A DNA stretch of 32,885 nucleotides. Source: Macrostomum lignano (Eukaryota). The position numbers and the translations under genes are program-made. The stretch covers positions 49,607 through 82,491 of the forward strand of contig NIVC01003695.1 in the NCBI GenBank assembly GCA_002269645.1, written 5' to 3'. This document shows positions 22,697-32,538 of this stretch, in pieces. The stretch's first letter is position 1. Every line of letters begins with the position of its first letter. The notes beneath the pieces are model-generated. The model was not told where the DNA came from. It saw nothing but the letters and a program-made list of their open reading frames with translations, and did not search any database.

Positions 22697-22736
22697 CAAA
22701 TGCAAATATGGATATGGATAGGACGGCAGCTGGACA

Positions 22737-22838
22737 AGCAGATCAGCGCAGATGTTGCTCATCACTGACCGAAAGCCAAGATTTTTTTTGGCTTCCTGCC
22801 TGAGCGACGAAAAATGTATTGATAACATCACTTCTGCT
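22737..22838 (-). ncRNA. Box C/D snoRNA C, guide for 18S rRNA at the SNORD56 (Cm517) region
   Basis: 6-bp terminal stem AGCAGA/TCTGCT; box C GTGATGT, C' GTGATGA, D CTGA; D' guide ATTTTTCGTCGCT pairs with 18S AGUGACGAAAAAU (one G-U pair); 7-bp internal stem AAGCCAA/TTGGCTT. Confidence 0.8.
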
Positions 22839-23950
22839 CATTGGCTGCCGGTTTCTAAGAAAGCTATACAGTTGCTATGTGGACTTCTGCTCATTGGCTG
22901 CCGGTTTCTAAGAAAGCTATACAGTTGCTATGTGGACTTCTGCTCATTGGCTGCCGGTTTCTAAGAAAGCTATACAGTTGCTATGTGGACTTCTGCTCAT
23001 TGGCTGCCGGTTTCTAAGAAAGCTATACAGTTGCTATGTGGACTTCTGCTCATTGGCTGCCGGTTTCTAAGAAAGCTATACAGTTGCTATGTGGACTTCT
23101 GCTCATTGGCTGCCGGTTTCTAAGAAAGCTATACAGTTGCTATGTGGACTTCTGCTCATTGGCTGCCGGTTTCTAAGAAAGCTATACAGTTGCTATGTGG
23201 ACTTCTGCTCATTGGCTGCCGGTTTCTAAGAAAGCTATACAGTTGCTATGTGGACTTCTGCCCCATTGACTGCCGGTTTCTAAGAAAGCTATACAGTTGC
23301 TATGTGGACTTCTGCTCATTGGCTGCCGGTTTCTAAGAAAGCTATACAGTTGCTATGTGGACTTCTGCTCATTGGCTGCCGGTTTCTAAGAAAGCTATAC
23401 AGTTGCTATGTGGACTTCTGCCCCATTGACTGCCGGTTTCTAAGAAAGCTATACAGTTGCTATGTGGACTTCTGCTCATTGGCTGCCGGTTTCTAAGAAA
23501 GCTATACAGTTGCTATGTGGACTTCTGCTCATTGGCTGCCGGTTTCTAAGAAAGCTATACAGTTGCTATGTGGACTTCTGCTCATTGGCTGCCGGTTTCT
23601 AAGAAAGCTATACAGTTGCTATGTGGACTTCTGCTCATTGGCTGCCGGTTTCTAAGAAAGCTATACAGTTGCTATGTGGACTTCTGCCCCATTGACTGCC
23701 GGTTTCTAAGAAAGCTATACAGTTGCTATGTGGACTTCTGCTCATTGGCTGCCGGTTTCTAAGAAAGCTATACAGTTGCTATGTGGACTTCTGCCCCATT
23801 GACTGCCGGTTTCTAAGAAAGCTATACAGTTGCTATGTGGACTTCTGCCCATTGGCTGCCGGTTTCTAAGAAAGCTATACAGTTGCTATGTGGACTTCTG
23901 CCTGTTGGCTGCCGGTTTCTAAGAAAGCGATACAGTTGCTATGTGGACTC
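22830..23950. repeat. 53-bp minisatellite ACTTCTGCTCATTGGCTGCCGGTTTCTAAGAAAGCTATACAGTTGCTATGTGG (~21 copies) with higher-order variants
   Basis: Tandem copies; the variant CCCCATTGAC recurs, giving three identical 64-aa spurious ORFs. Confidence 0.97.
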
Positions 23951-24349
23951 GTTGCCAAGATGAACAGTCCCACTGAAACAGTTACTTGATTAATTAACAC
24001 GAAAGCAGAAGCGCGGGTGAATGAAATTTGCGACTCAACAATTACTATCGGAAGTCAGCGATATTGAGGGATCAAATGCTTCTAAACCAATCTGTTACAG
24101 GCACTAAAACAAGGGCGAAGGGCCAACTAGAAGTCACACGAGTTACTGCTGTTTCAGGACGCAGCACTTGTGTTCTAAAGAATTTGAAGAGATTGGAAGT
24201 TTTTATTTTTTAGCACTAAACTGTCAACACATCAACTTCAGAGCCTCAGATGTTGCACATGAAGCTGAAACTTATTGTGGCAGCGAAGGCAGGCTGTTCC
24301 CTGTGCTAAGAGAACACGCTGATGAAGAGCTCGAGAACTTCCAACTCAC

Positions 24350-24619
24350 ATCGCGCTTGAATTCAGCCGACAAGAAGCGCAACAGGGCGTTGTCGAAATC
24401 CTCGCCGCCCAAGAAGGTGTCGCCGTTGGTGGACTTGACTTCGAACACGCCCTTCTGAATCTCCAGAATGGAAATGTCGAAGGTGCCGCCGCCCAGGTCG
24501 TACACGGCGATGATTTTGTCCTCGGTTTTGTCCATGCCGTAGGCCAGCGCGGCAGCTGTGGGCTCGTTGATGACGCGCAGGCAGTTCAGGCCGGCGATCT
24601 GGCCGGCGTCCTTCGTGGC
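24350..24619 (-). CDS. HSPA9: Mitochondrial HSP70, coding exon 4
   Basis: ccgccag| [31 protein letters not shown]...[38 protein letters not shown]...EFKRD |gtgagt; 90 codons. Confidence 0.98.
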
Positions 24620-24705
24620 CTGGCGGTGGATGGTGAGGGGGCGGGGAGATGCACACGCAAGCCGTGGTGCAAGGCTGTGTAGCGCTGTACAGGGGCTGGT
24701 GGATG

Positions 24706-24782
24706 GGCATCAGTCACAATGGTTAGTTCATCATTGGCCAGTCTGTGGCCTGAGCGACGAAAAATATGAAAGCATCATATTT
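24706..24782 (-). ncRNA. Box C/D snoRNA D, paralog of snoRNA C (18S guide)
   Basis: Box C ATGATGC (24772-24778), identical guide ATTTTTCGTCGCTCAGG, internal stem GGCCA/TGGCC, C' ATGATGA (24728-24734), D CTGA (24710-24713); ~87 nt from the 3' splice site; weak terminal stem. Confidence 0.75.
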
Positions 24783-24832
24783 GATTATACGGCTGCAAGT
24801 AGTATGGAGAGCAAAATTACTGATAGACTTAC

Positions 24833-24906
24833 CTGGCGCTGAGAATCATTAAAGTAGGCTGGCACGGTGATCACAGCGTTCTTCACCGAGGTGCCGAGAT
24901 AGCTTT
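24833..24906 (-). CDS. HSPA9: Mitochondrial HSP70, coding exon 3
   Basis: attgcag| (E)[24 protein letters not shown] |gtaagt; phase 1 to 0. Confidence 0.97.
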
Positions 24907-24990
24907 CTGCAATGCGAATGACAGCAAGACTGCCGGCTTTAGAAAATAATAAATCTTAGGGATGAAAGCTGAGCTGCCTAGACAGGGTCT

Positions 24991-25091
24991 GCACAGCCTC
25001 AGTGAGAGAGTTCAACTTGCGTCATTCGCCAACGATATGCAAATCTATGGCGTCGCAAGTACGTGTAAGTTAGCTGTCATCCTTAGCGTGC
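24991..25091 (-). ncRNA. Box C/D snoRNA E, SNORD81-type paralog of snoRNA A
   Basis: Box C AGGATGA (25077-25083), guide TTGAACTCTCTCA then box D CTGA (24999-25002), imperfect terminal stem GCACGCT/GGCTGTGC; ~84 nt from the 3' splice site. Confidence 0.78.
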
Positions 25092-25258
25092 GGCAAGTGG
25101 AGTATATGGTCAAGGACAACTGAAGCTCTCGGATTGGAAGAGAAAGAACTTAAGAAGTCTGCTCTGAAAAATTGCACTCCTAATTATGCCTGCCCAATGC
25201 TACTGCTGATGCTCTCTAGTCTAGGTTAAGATTTTAGGCCAAAGCAGTGATGACTCAC

Positions 25259-25667
25259 CGGCAGTCTCCTTCATCTTGATGAGCACGAACGCGCCAATCT
25301 GGCTGGGGCTGTAGGCCTTGCCCTGGGCCTCAAGCCACGCGTCACCGTTGGAGGCGCGCACAATCTTGAAGCTGACATTCTTGATGTCCTTCTGCACCTC
25401 GGCGTCTTCGAATCGGCGACCGATGAGCCGCTTGGTGGCTGACAGCGTGTTCTGCGAGTTCGTGACGGCCTGCCGCTTGGCCGGGGCGCCCACCAGCCGC
25501 TCGCCGCTGCTAGTGAAAGCCACCACGGAGGGCGTCGTGCGGGCGCCCTCGGCGTTCTCCAGCACCTTGGCCTGCTTGCCCTCCATCACCGCCACGCACG
25601 AGTTGGTGGTGCCCAGGTCGATGCCGATCACGTGACCTTTGACCTTGCCATCAGAGGACAGGCAGCG
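25259..25667 (-). CDS. HSPA9: Mitochondrial HSP70, coding exon 2
   Basis: ttgtccag| [51 protein letters not shown]...[12 protein letters not shown] g|gtgagt; HSP70 signature IDLGTTNS. Confidence 0.98.
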
Positions 25668-25747
25668 CTGGACAAGGGAGGGAGGGATGGCATTTTTACT
25701 TTTACTCTAAGCACTACCAAACAAGAGACATTTAAAATGCAATGGAC

Positions 25748-27652
25748 GGCCCTTCACATTTTTGCTCAGACATTTGAAACATGCTCCCCTAATATCATGT
25801 ATATCAGTATTGCTACTAGATTAAGAACAGAGTGTGCACCTAAAACTAAGTAAAATAATATAAAAGTAAACAAAATAATTCAAAAGCACAATAAATGCTT
25901 TAAGGGGATCAATAAATTGTTGAAAGAAATAATAATATACTAAAATGACATTTAATACCCTAGCCTTGGTGCATTGAAAATATTTCATTTAATTTTATTT
26001 ATTTATTCAATTTTTGTATGCATTCAATAGATCACAGTCCTTATGATAAAAAATACATAAAAATCTAAGAAATTGTCACAATAACTTTTTGGACCTATTT
26101 TTATAAACTAAATATTTTCCAAAACCTCTCAATAAGATCTACACAATAAAATGCAAACATTGAGAAGAGTTTTAAAAAACAATTAGTTCATGAAAATTAG
26201 CCTAGGAAAATAAAAAAGTGATGATCATTTTATTGTCCCAATTTCTTTGACTTGTATGACTTTCATGTATTTTTCCCATAAGAACTGCAATCTATTAACA
26301 TACTAGTGTTCCGCCGCCGCGAGTTTTGACCTCCGTAACCGTAACCGTAGCCGTAAGAAAGAAGCAACTTCCGTAGCCGAATTTTGCTTTCATTACGAGC
26401 TAAAAAAGTCCGTAACCGTAATTTGCCGTAACCATAGCCATAATGTATAACAAAAATTGATATTTTTGCATGAAAAGTGGGGCAGACAGAAAAGGACAGA
26501 TAAAAAGGATAAAAGGATAGCAATAAAACCTACTTGTTGTTCGTTCATGCATTAATATTCATTTATTTTTTTTGTAAATATAATATCTTATTATCTTTAT
26601 CTAAGTATTCTATAGCATTGTTGTATGCAATTGTGTGCTTGGTGCCTTTTTCAGTTTTCTGTGTTGTGATTCTGTTTTGTTTCGCTACAATATGGATGTA
26701 TGACTGACGTGCCAAGGTCAATGTGTATGTTTAATATCATTAAATAAATATATGAATTTGTTCAAATAAAACTGCTTCAAAATTTCCGATGACTTCAAAA
26801 TGCCAGATTCTTAGTCTCTTGCAGGCTTTGACTGGCTCTCTCTGTCTCGCTGCTATCATGCTATCGCTATGCTATGCTATACTGTATGCCTAATGAGAAA
26901 ATTCAGGAAAAAATCGTTTTTTGTTTTCAAAAAGTTTCGTAGATATTTAGAAACTTAAAAAAGTAAAAAAAATAATAACTAGTAAAAAAAAATGAAAACT
27001 GGTTGAAGTTGATATAAAAAAATTTCTTTTGCAACACCAAACAGTTAAAAATAAATAATTTTTGTTACGGCTACCAATTATGGCAAGTCTAGAAAAATCT
27101 CCGTAATCCGTAACCGTAACCATAAGCTGAAAATATGTCCGTAACCGTAATCCGTAATGAAAATATGGCTTCAAAAGTGTCGTAGCCGTAATTTGCCATA
27201 GCCATAGCCGTAATTACGGCGGAACACTATAACATACACAATAATTGAAAAAATGTCAGAAAATGCAAGTCAAAAAACTATATGAACATATTAAAGAGAA
27301 AAGCAAAAAAAGTAAATAACAAAATAAATAGTAGATTGGATAAAAGAAAGAAAAAAAGACATTTTTCTTTTAATTAAAAACATGTAACAAATAGTTTTTT
27401 ATTTCAATCTTTTTATATGTCTATGCTATGGTATTAAATGTCATTTTAGCATATTATATCTTTTAACAATTTATTGCTTTGCTATAAAGTATATATTGTG
27501 CTTTTAAATTGTGTCTTGTTGATTTTTATATTCATTTTCTTCATTTTTAGGTACCTTTAGATACCAATTTTGTGTTCCTAATCTGGTAGCAATACCAATA
27601 TACATGTCATGGGGGGGTCATGTTTTAAATTGTGGGCCACAAAAATGAGGGC
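25748..27652. repeat. Pair of diverged ~200-bp AT-rich inverted repeats (about 25750-25972 and 27424-27652); possible old foldback/MITE-like element
   Basis: Arms align by eye at roughly 75% (e.g. CATGTATAT..GTATTGCTAC.AGATTA.GAACA and CTAAAATGACATTTAATACC); no TSD found. Confidence 0.65.
26304..27229. mobile_element. Non-autonomous hAT DNA transposon (926 bp)
   Basis: Perfect 13-bp TIR TAGTGTTCCGCCG / CGGCGGAACACTA; perfect 8-bp TSD TAACATAC (26296-26303, 27230-27237); clustered subterminal CCGTAA/CCGTAG motifs at both ends; no transposase. Confidence 0.93.
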
Positions 27653-29040
27653 AACAAAATTAAAAATGAATACATATAAAACAATCTACAATAAATTCTA
27701 CATAAAAAATTGATGCTTGCAATGCAAGGCATTGGTCATACAGGTTGAATTTTTTAATATTTTAAATATAATTTTTATTATGAAATCATTTTTTGAGAGA
27801 AAAAACAGATTTTAAAGTGTTTTTAGTATTTTATCAGAATACAATAACATTATTTTACTAAATGTTTTTCAATCAATACATTTTTAAATATTTTCTTGAT
27901 AATATTTTTTTGAAAAAAAGTCAAACATTTAAAAAAAAGTAATAAACAAAAAAAAACCAAATCATTAGACCATATACAACCAACAACGTAACCCCATGTA
28001 AAAACATATAACCACACTCTGGATTATGTAATTGTAGTATATGCCCAAAACTTCAGGCATACATTGGCCTTGCATGCCAAAAGTAGGCATGCATCACTCC
28101 TAAGAAAAGTGTGCATGCACACCTGGCATGCACTTTATAGAATCTAGTAGAAAAGCTATTGTGAAATAGAAAAAAGATTTTTTAAGCTCATAATAAAGCA
28201 TGCATATTGAAACAAGTATTTCTATGTATTGATTTTTTGTAATAAATATTATTGCCTAAAAAGCATAAAAATCAACCAAATTATTTCCCAAAAGGATATA
28301 TTATTATATAATTCAAAAAAGGTTATTTATTGTTACAACATAAAAAGGACATTTATTATTGCAATACCAGTATAGTTTTAAGAATGGGTATGCACTTAAT
28401 TTTTTTCTGCATGCACTCATAATTTTTTTTGTATGGGCATGCACCCAACATGATCCAGACTATGGGTTGAGAAATAGGCCTAATGGGTCAAAAGCTAATT
28501 TTACTTGTAAAGTTTAATGCTTCAACACAAAATTGATTTGTAGGCTATTTTTACATTGTTAGATGGTAAGGGTGCTGTGGGCCAGACTTGAAGGATGTGT
28601 TCAGGCTGGAGTTTGCCAACCTTTGGTCTAGCCTATGGCTATGCATATTGCATTTTACAAAACTAGGCCTTTTAAGTAAATTTAAATTATTATATTATGA
28701 ATGAAATGGAAAATATACAACAAAAAGCATATAGCAATCGGTCTAATAGGCATATTTCAAATTTTAAAGTATAGATTTTTTTCAACTAGGCCATCTAAAC
28801 TAAAGCCTTTGAACCCTTAATCCTAAGTTATTAGTTTAACAGACTTTAGAGTAGACTCAAGTAGTATTAGCAATTAGACATCAGATTCCTTTCATTCTGC
28901 TTGCACTTCGCCGTTCACCATGGTACCTTCGTGGCTAGTTCGCTGGCTCTTCCCCCACAATCACAAAAATCAAAATGTTATAGAGCACGGACTAGTCGAA
29001 TAAACATTTGAGAAGTTAATAGCTTGTTGCTGTTGCTTAC

Positions 29041-29118
29041 CGTTGCACTGAGAGGAGATAATTTAGACGTAGCCTGAATGGTCCGCTGCACATAGCTGAC
29101 TGCCTTGAGTGAATACAT
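29041..29118 (-). CDS. HSPA9: Mitochondrial HSP70, coding exon 1 (mitochondrial transit peptide)
   Basis: MYSLKAVSYVQRTIQATSKLSPLSAT |gtaagc (phase 0) joins RCLSS; no acidic residues, rich in S/T/A/K/R; acceptor ttttacag| at 29146; total ORF 2043 nt = 680 aa. Confidence 0.85.
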
Positions 29119-29403
29119 TTTGAATACACCACAGGATAAATGATACTGTAAAATAATTTTTGTGTCAAGCTAGTATTAGTAAAACAGTAGTGACAAAAAG
29201 TTATGACGAAAGAGACTTAAGCTTTGAATTTTCTTATCTTTGGTAGACTTTAACAAAATAAATGTTTAATTTATTTTATTGGCATCTTCAAAGCATTTTA
29301 TTTTAGAAAAAAGTAAAAAATTATCTGTTATATTTTAATTTTAGATTAGACCTAATTATCTTTTCTTGCTTATTAACGATCAAAGACAACAATTTTGACT
29401 CAC

Positions 29404-29460
29404 CTCCACGACAATCCACATTAATGAGGAAAATACATTCCTAGATTTCTTCAGTAGTTA
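29404..29460 (-). other. HSPA9: Probable upstream 5' exon of HSPA9 (5' boundary unknown)
   Basis: Perfect donor gag|gtgagt at 29403, pairing with the acceptor at 29146 across a 258-nt AT-rich intron. Confidence 0.5.
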
Positions 29461-31541
29461 ACTCAAGGACCACCATGTTATACTACACTATACTACGGTG
29501 GTCCTGAGTTATTGATCCTGATCAAAGCTAACAAACTATTGCACGTAGTAGTTGGCTTTTAGCCTTTTTTGAAGTTGTTTTTTGCTTATTTAAGCTGCAA
29601 ACCGATTGTCATTTTAAATCAAGAATATGGCGAAAGATTTATTTTTTTAGTAATTTTTTGGACCTGGATCCTGAATTGCATTATCGCCCGGATATACATG
29701 TAATTGTGCATTGAAACAAAGCACGAGTACTTTAATCTGCAACTTGTAACATACAATAAACAAAGCTATTCTACAAAACCCTAGAACCGCTACTAAGAAA
29801 CTACTACATGTACTCGTACATGTGATGTATAAGCTATATGAAAGGGACAAGAAAACTACACACCCCGCGCTGATGCGCAAAATATCAAAAAGCCTAAAAA
29901 TTTTGCATCAACTGAGAGAACTTATGCGCCAAATGAATAAACCGCACGACGAAAGCGCAAAAGTAGCGCGCAAGAAAAATCAATTTATTAATATAACCAT
30001 CATGTCGTAAATGTGTATATGCGTGTAAATAAGATATAGAAGTACGCATTCACGCGCAGATCGATCCGCTATTATTTTTAGCCGTTTGTAGAAAGAACAA
30101 ACTTTGGGGCAAATTGTGCGCTCTCTGAGGATGGTCAGGCTTGAAACTCAATGGGCAGGGAATGGGAAAGTTGGTCAAGGAATCGAGTTACAGGTGATAT
30201 TAGTGCAAATTATAATCGACAGTGGAGATCCATTGTGCCCAGCTAAAGCGCAGAGTTGATTGATTTATGCAGACAACGAAAGCATGAAAAGCCATTTAGT
30301 ATCAATTAATTAGTATATATCATGGAATAATACATTGTAGTTGATATACGATGAGGCAAATTAGTACAAGTACGGTTGGCGCCGAATAATAATAGCCGGT
30401 ACTAATATAATCAGAATTGGCCAGACATTCTTCACCTGCAGACAATTGGAATCGAAATGAATTAATTAAGCAGCGGGATCCACCAGTATCGAACATCTTT
30501 AAGCATTTTACAATGAGGAACCGACTGAAGTTAGGATGGAATATGCGAGCCTGCATGGCGGATGTTTCGGGTTCCAGGCTACTGCAAAACAGATTGAAAA
30601 TGCGACTAAATTAGCCACAGTGCATTACAGGAATCGAGCGGAGTTACATGCATCAGTCAATTGCCACCTGCGTACTACAAGTATACTTGGGTTATTGGTG
30701 ACAACTTTTACAACTGGCAGTCAGCGGATAGCATATTAGAATAACAACTCAATAACCTACATGAAAATAAAAATAACGATCAATATTGCGGGCCAACACA
30801 GCACGATGTGTAGTAAACAAAAATTACCTAAATTCCTAGATGCACCTGGCCTTGTCGCTTACGCTTACTCATGAAATAAGTAGTACTAGCAGAATGTTAA
30901 CAGATTTTCTATTCTCATGCTTCATTCTTTTACGTTTTTAAACTAATTACCGACAGTATATGAATTGTGCCTCGTAGCTTCTAATAAAGTATTCATTGAC
31001 TGACTCGTACAGAAGACTAACAAATCGTAATAACTCGTAGGCAAAATGGTTTGTGCGCGACACAACGTCAATTTTTTTTTGCAGGGTCATGGCTGGTCAG
31101 GGCCAAGGTAAGCATCAAACTAATAACATCAATGTGGTTGCTAATATCAGTAGATAAAGTTATTTATGTTGAGTACTCCGGCTACAACGACAGGTGTACG
31201 CAGGTTACTATGGTGACAGATTGGCAAACGAAAATCGAAGTGATTGTGACGCTCAATAAGTCGCATTTCAGTTAGCAACAGAAAATCAAATAAATTGCTT
31301 GAATCGCAGATAGCAAATTGAACAGAATGGGAGAATTGGTTTCTACAAAACAAATACTAAACCTGAAAAATGGGGAGCTGAGTAAGCATTATTTGATTGA
31401 ATTATCACACAGAAGCTCACAATCAGCAGGCTGGCAGCATAATTAATTCATAATTTCAACTAGCTGCAGCTTCAGTTTACAGCTCTGATAACTTTGAATA
31501 GATATAAACAATAAAGTGATAATTTATGTTAAGCAAATCTT

Positions 31542-31646
31542 TTATGTTCGAAACTCGTAATCAAGGCCTCGATCGGTTGCTAGGCGCCCAGAAACAATCA
31601 GCCCATGTTCGGCCTGGACGGAATGGGCGGCGTGCGGATTGGCCGC
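31542..31646 (-). CDS. Probable terminal exon of an unidentified gene entering from the right edge
   Basis: Strong pyrimidine tract plus cgcag| (phase 0); AANPHAAHSVQAEHGLIVSGRLATDRGLDYEFRT*. Confidence 0.5.
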   Translation of the reverse strand, partial: AANPHAAHSVQAEHGLIVSGRLATDRGLDYEFRT

Positions 31647-31837
31647 CTGCGGGACGGTGCAGGGGGGGGGGTCGGCTGCCGAACCGCTGAAACAGTTTCT
31701 ATGCGAGCTTTCTAGACAAGCAGAGTCGAATCCTAGTATACGATAGCTCGGAGTCTATGAGAAATGTGCCGCTTTTTGGCTTTGCAACAACACGAACATG
31801 CAATACTGATCCTGGTGCTGGGTCTGGCGCCCCGCAC

Positions 31838-31877
31838 CCTGGGCATGGGAGGGCGGCGGTGGCCAGCAACTGGGGAT
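31838..31877 (-). CDS. 40-nt internal exon (phase 2 to 0) of the same gene
   Basis: ctcccag| SPVAGHRRPPMPR |gtgcgg; phases fit both neighbours. Confidence 0.42.
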
Positions 31878-32222
31878 CTGGGAGGCTGGCCCAGCAACAG
31901 AGGATCTGGGAGGCTGGCCTCAGCAACTGACACTCAGGGAGGCTGGCCTCAGCAACTGACACTCTGGGAGGCTGGCCCAGCAACTGAGGAGCTTGGAGGC
32001 TGGCCCAGCAACTGAGGATCTGGGAGGCTTGCCCAGCAACAGAGGATCTTGGAGGCTGGCCCAGCAACTGAGGATCTGGGAGGCTGGCCCAGCAACTGAG
32101 GATCTGGAGGCTGGCCCAGCAACTGAGGATCTTGGAGGCTGCCAGCAACTGAGGATCTGGGAGGCTGGCCCAGCAACTGAGGATCTGGGAGGCTGGTACA
32201 GCAACTGAGGATCTGGGAGGGT
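31862..32222. repeat. 28-29 bp minisatellite GGAGGCTGGCCCAGCAACTGAGGATCTG (~13 copies)
   Basis: Tandem copies with variants. Confidence 0.95.
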
Positions 32223-32490
32223 GGCACAACAGCCATAATGAGTGGGTGAGTATAATTTGCCAAAATATTTTCATACGAGCATGCAAGACATAAACTTGTG
32301 TTTGTATGCAGTGAAAAGTATACTTTAAAATAAAAATAATACTTAAGGAAATATTGGCAATTAAATCTGACTGCTTCTAAAGCAAAAAGGAGCATGCGAT
32401 CAAGCAACAGAATGCCACTCAGGCAAATAAAAATGAGCGAGGATAAAAAAGCCGATGAGGGAAGCGAGGGCCCGGCGGCTCGCTACTCAC

Positions 32491-32538
32491 GCAGGCAGCA
32501 GGGGCGGCGGCAGGCCGTGGCTGTCATTCACAGCTCGC
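32491..32538 (-). CDS. 48-nt symmetric internal exon of the same gene
   Basis: ttgtag| ... gc|gtgagt; RAVNDSHGLPPPLLP in phase 2-2. Confidence 0.5.

Noticed and set aside
24190-24335. Possible H/ACA snoRNA on the minus strand (ACAATA H-like box, ACA, two hairpins, CTCTTCATC complementary to 5.8S GAUGAAGAG)
   Set aside because: The 3' hairpin has no proper pseudouridylation pocket and the bipartite pairing is poor; needs snoGPS or Infernal.
28875-28975. Possible C/D snoRNA in HSPA9 coding intron 1 (GTGATTG…CTGA)
   Set aside because: Degenerate box C, no convincing terminal stem, no identifiable guide, and far from the 3' splice site.
29870-29975. Cluster of GCGCAAAA/GCGCCAAA (E2F-like) motifs, and CTGATG…GACGAAAG resembling a hammerhead ribozyme
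   Set aside because: Short motifs can occur by chance and the TSS is unknown. The hammerhead core CUGAUGA is not matched (CTGATGC) and the stems are missing.
30417-30739. Short ORF with HGGCFGFQAT, loosely like a Gypsy integrase zinc-binding region
   Set aside because: The HHCC residues are not properly present and there is no adjacent RT, RNase H or DDE segment.
31576-31588. X-box-like GTTGCTAGGCGCC
   Set aside because: Only one good half-site, and it falls inside a probable coding exon (GRLAT).
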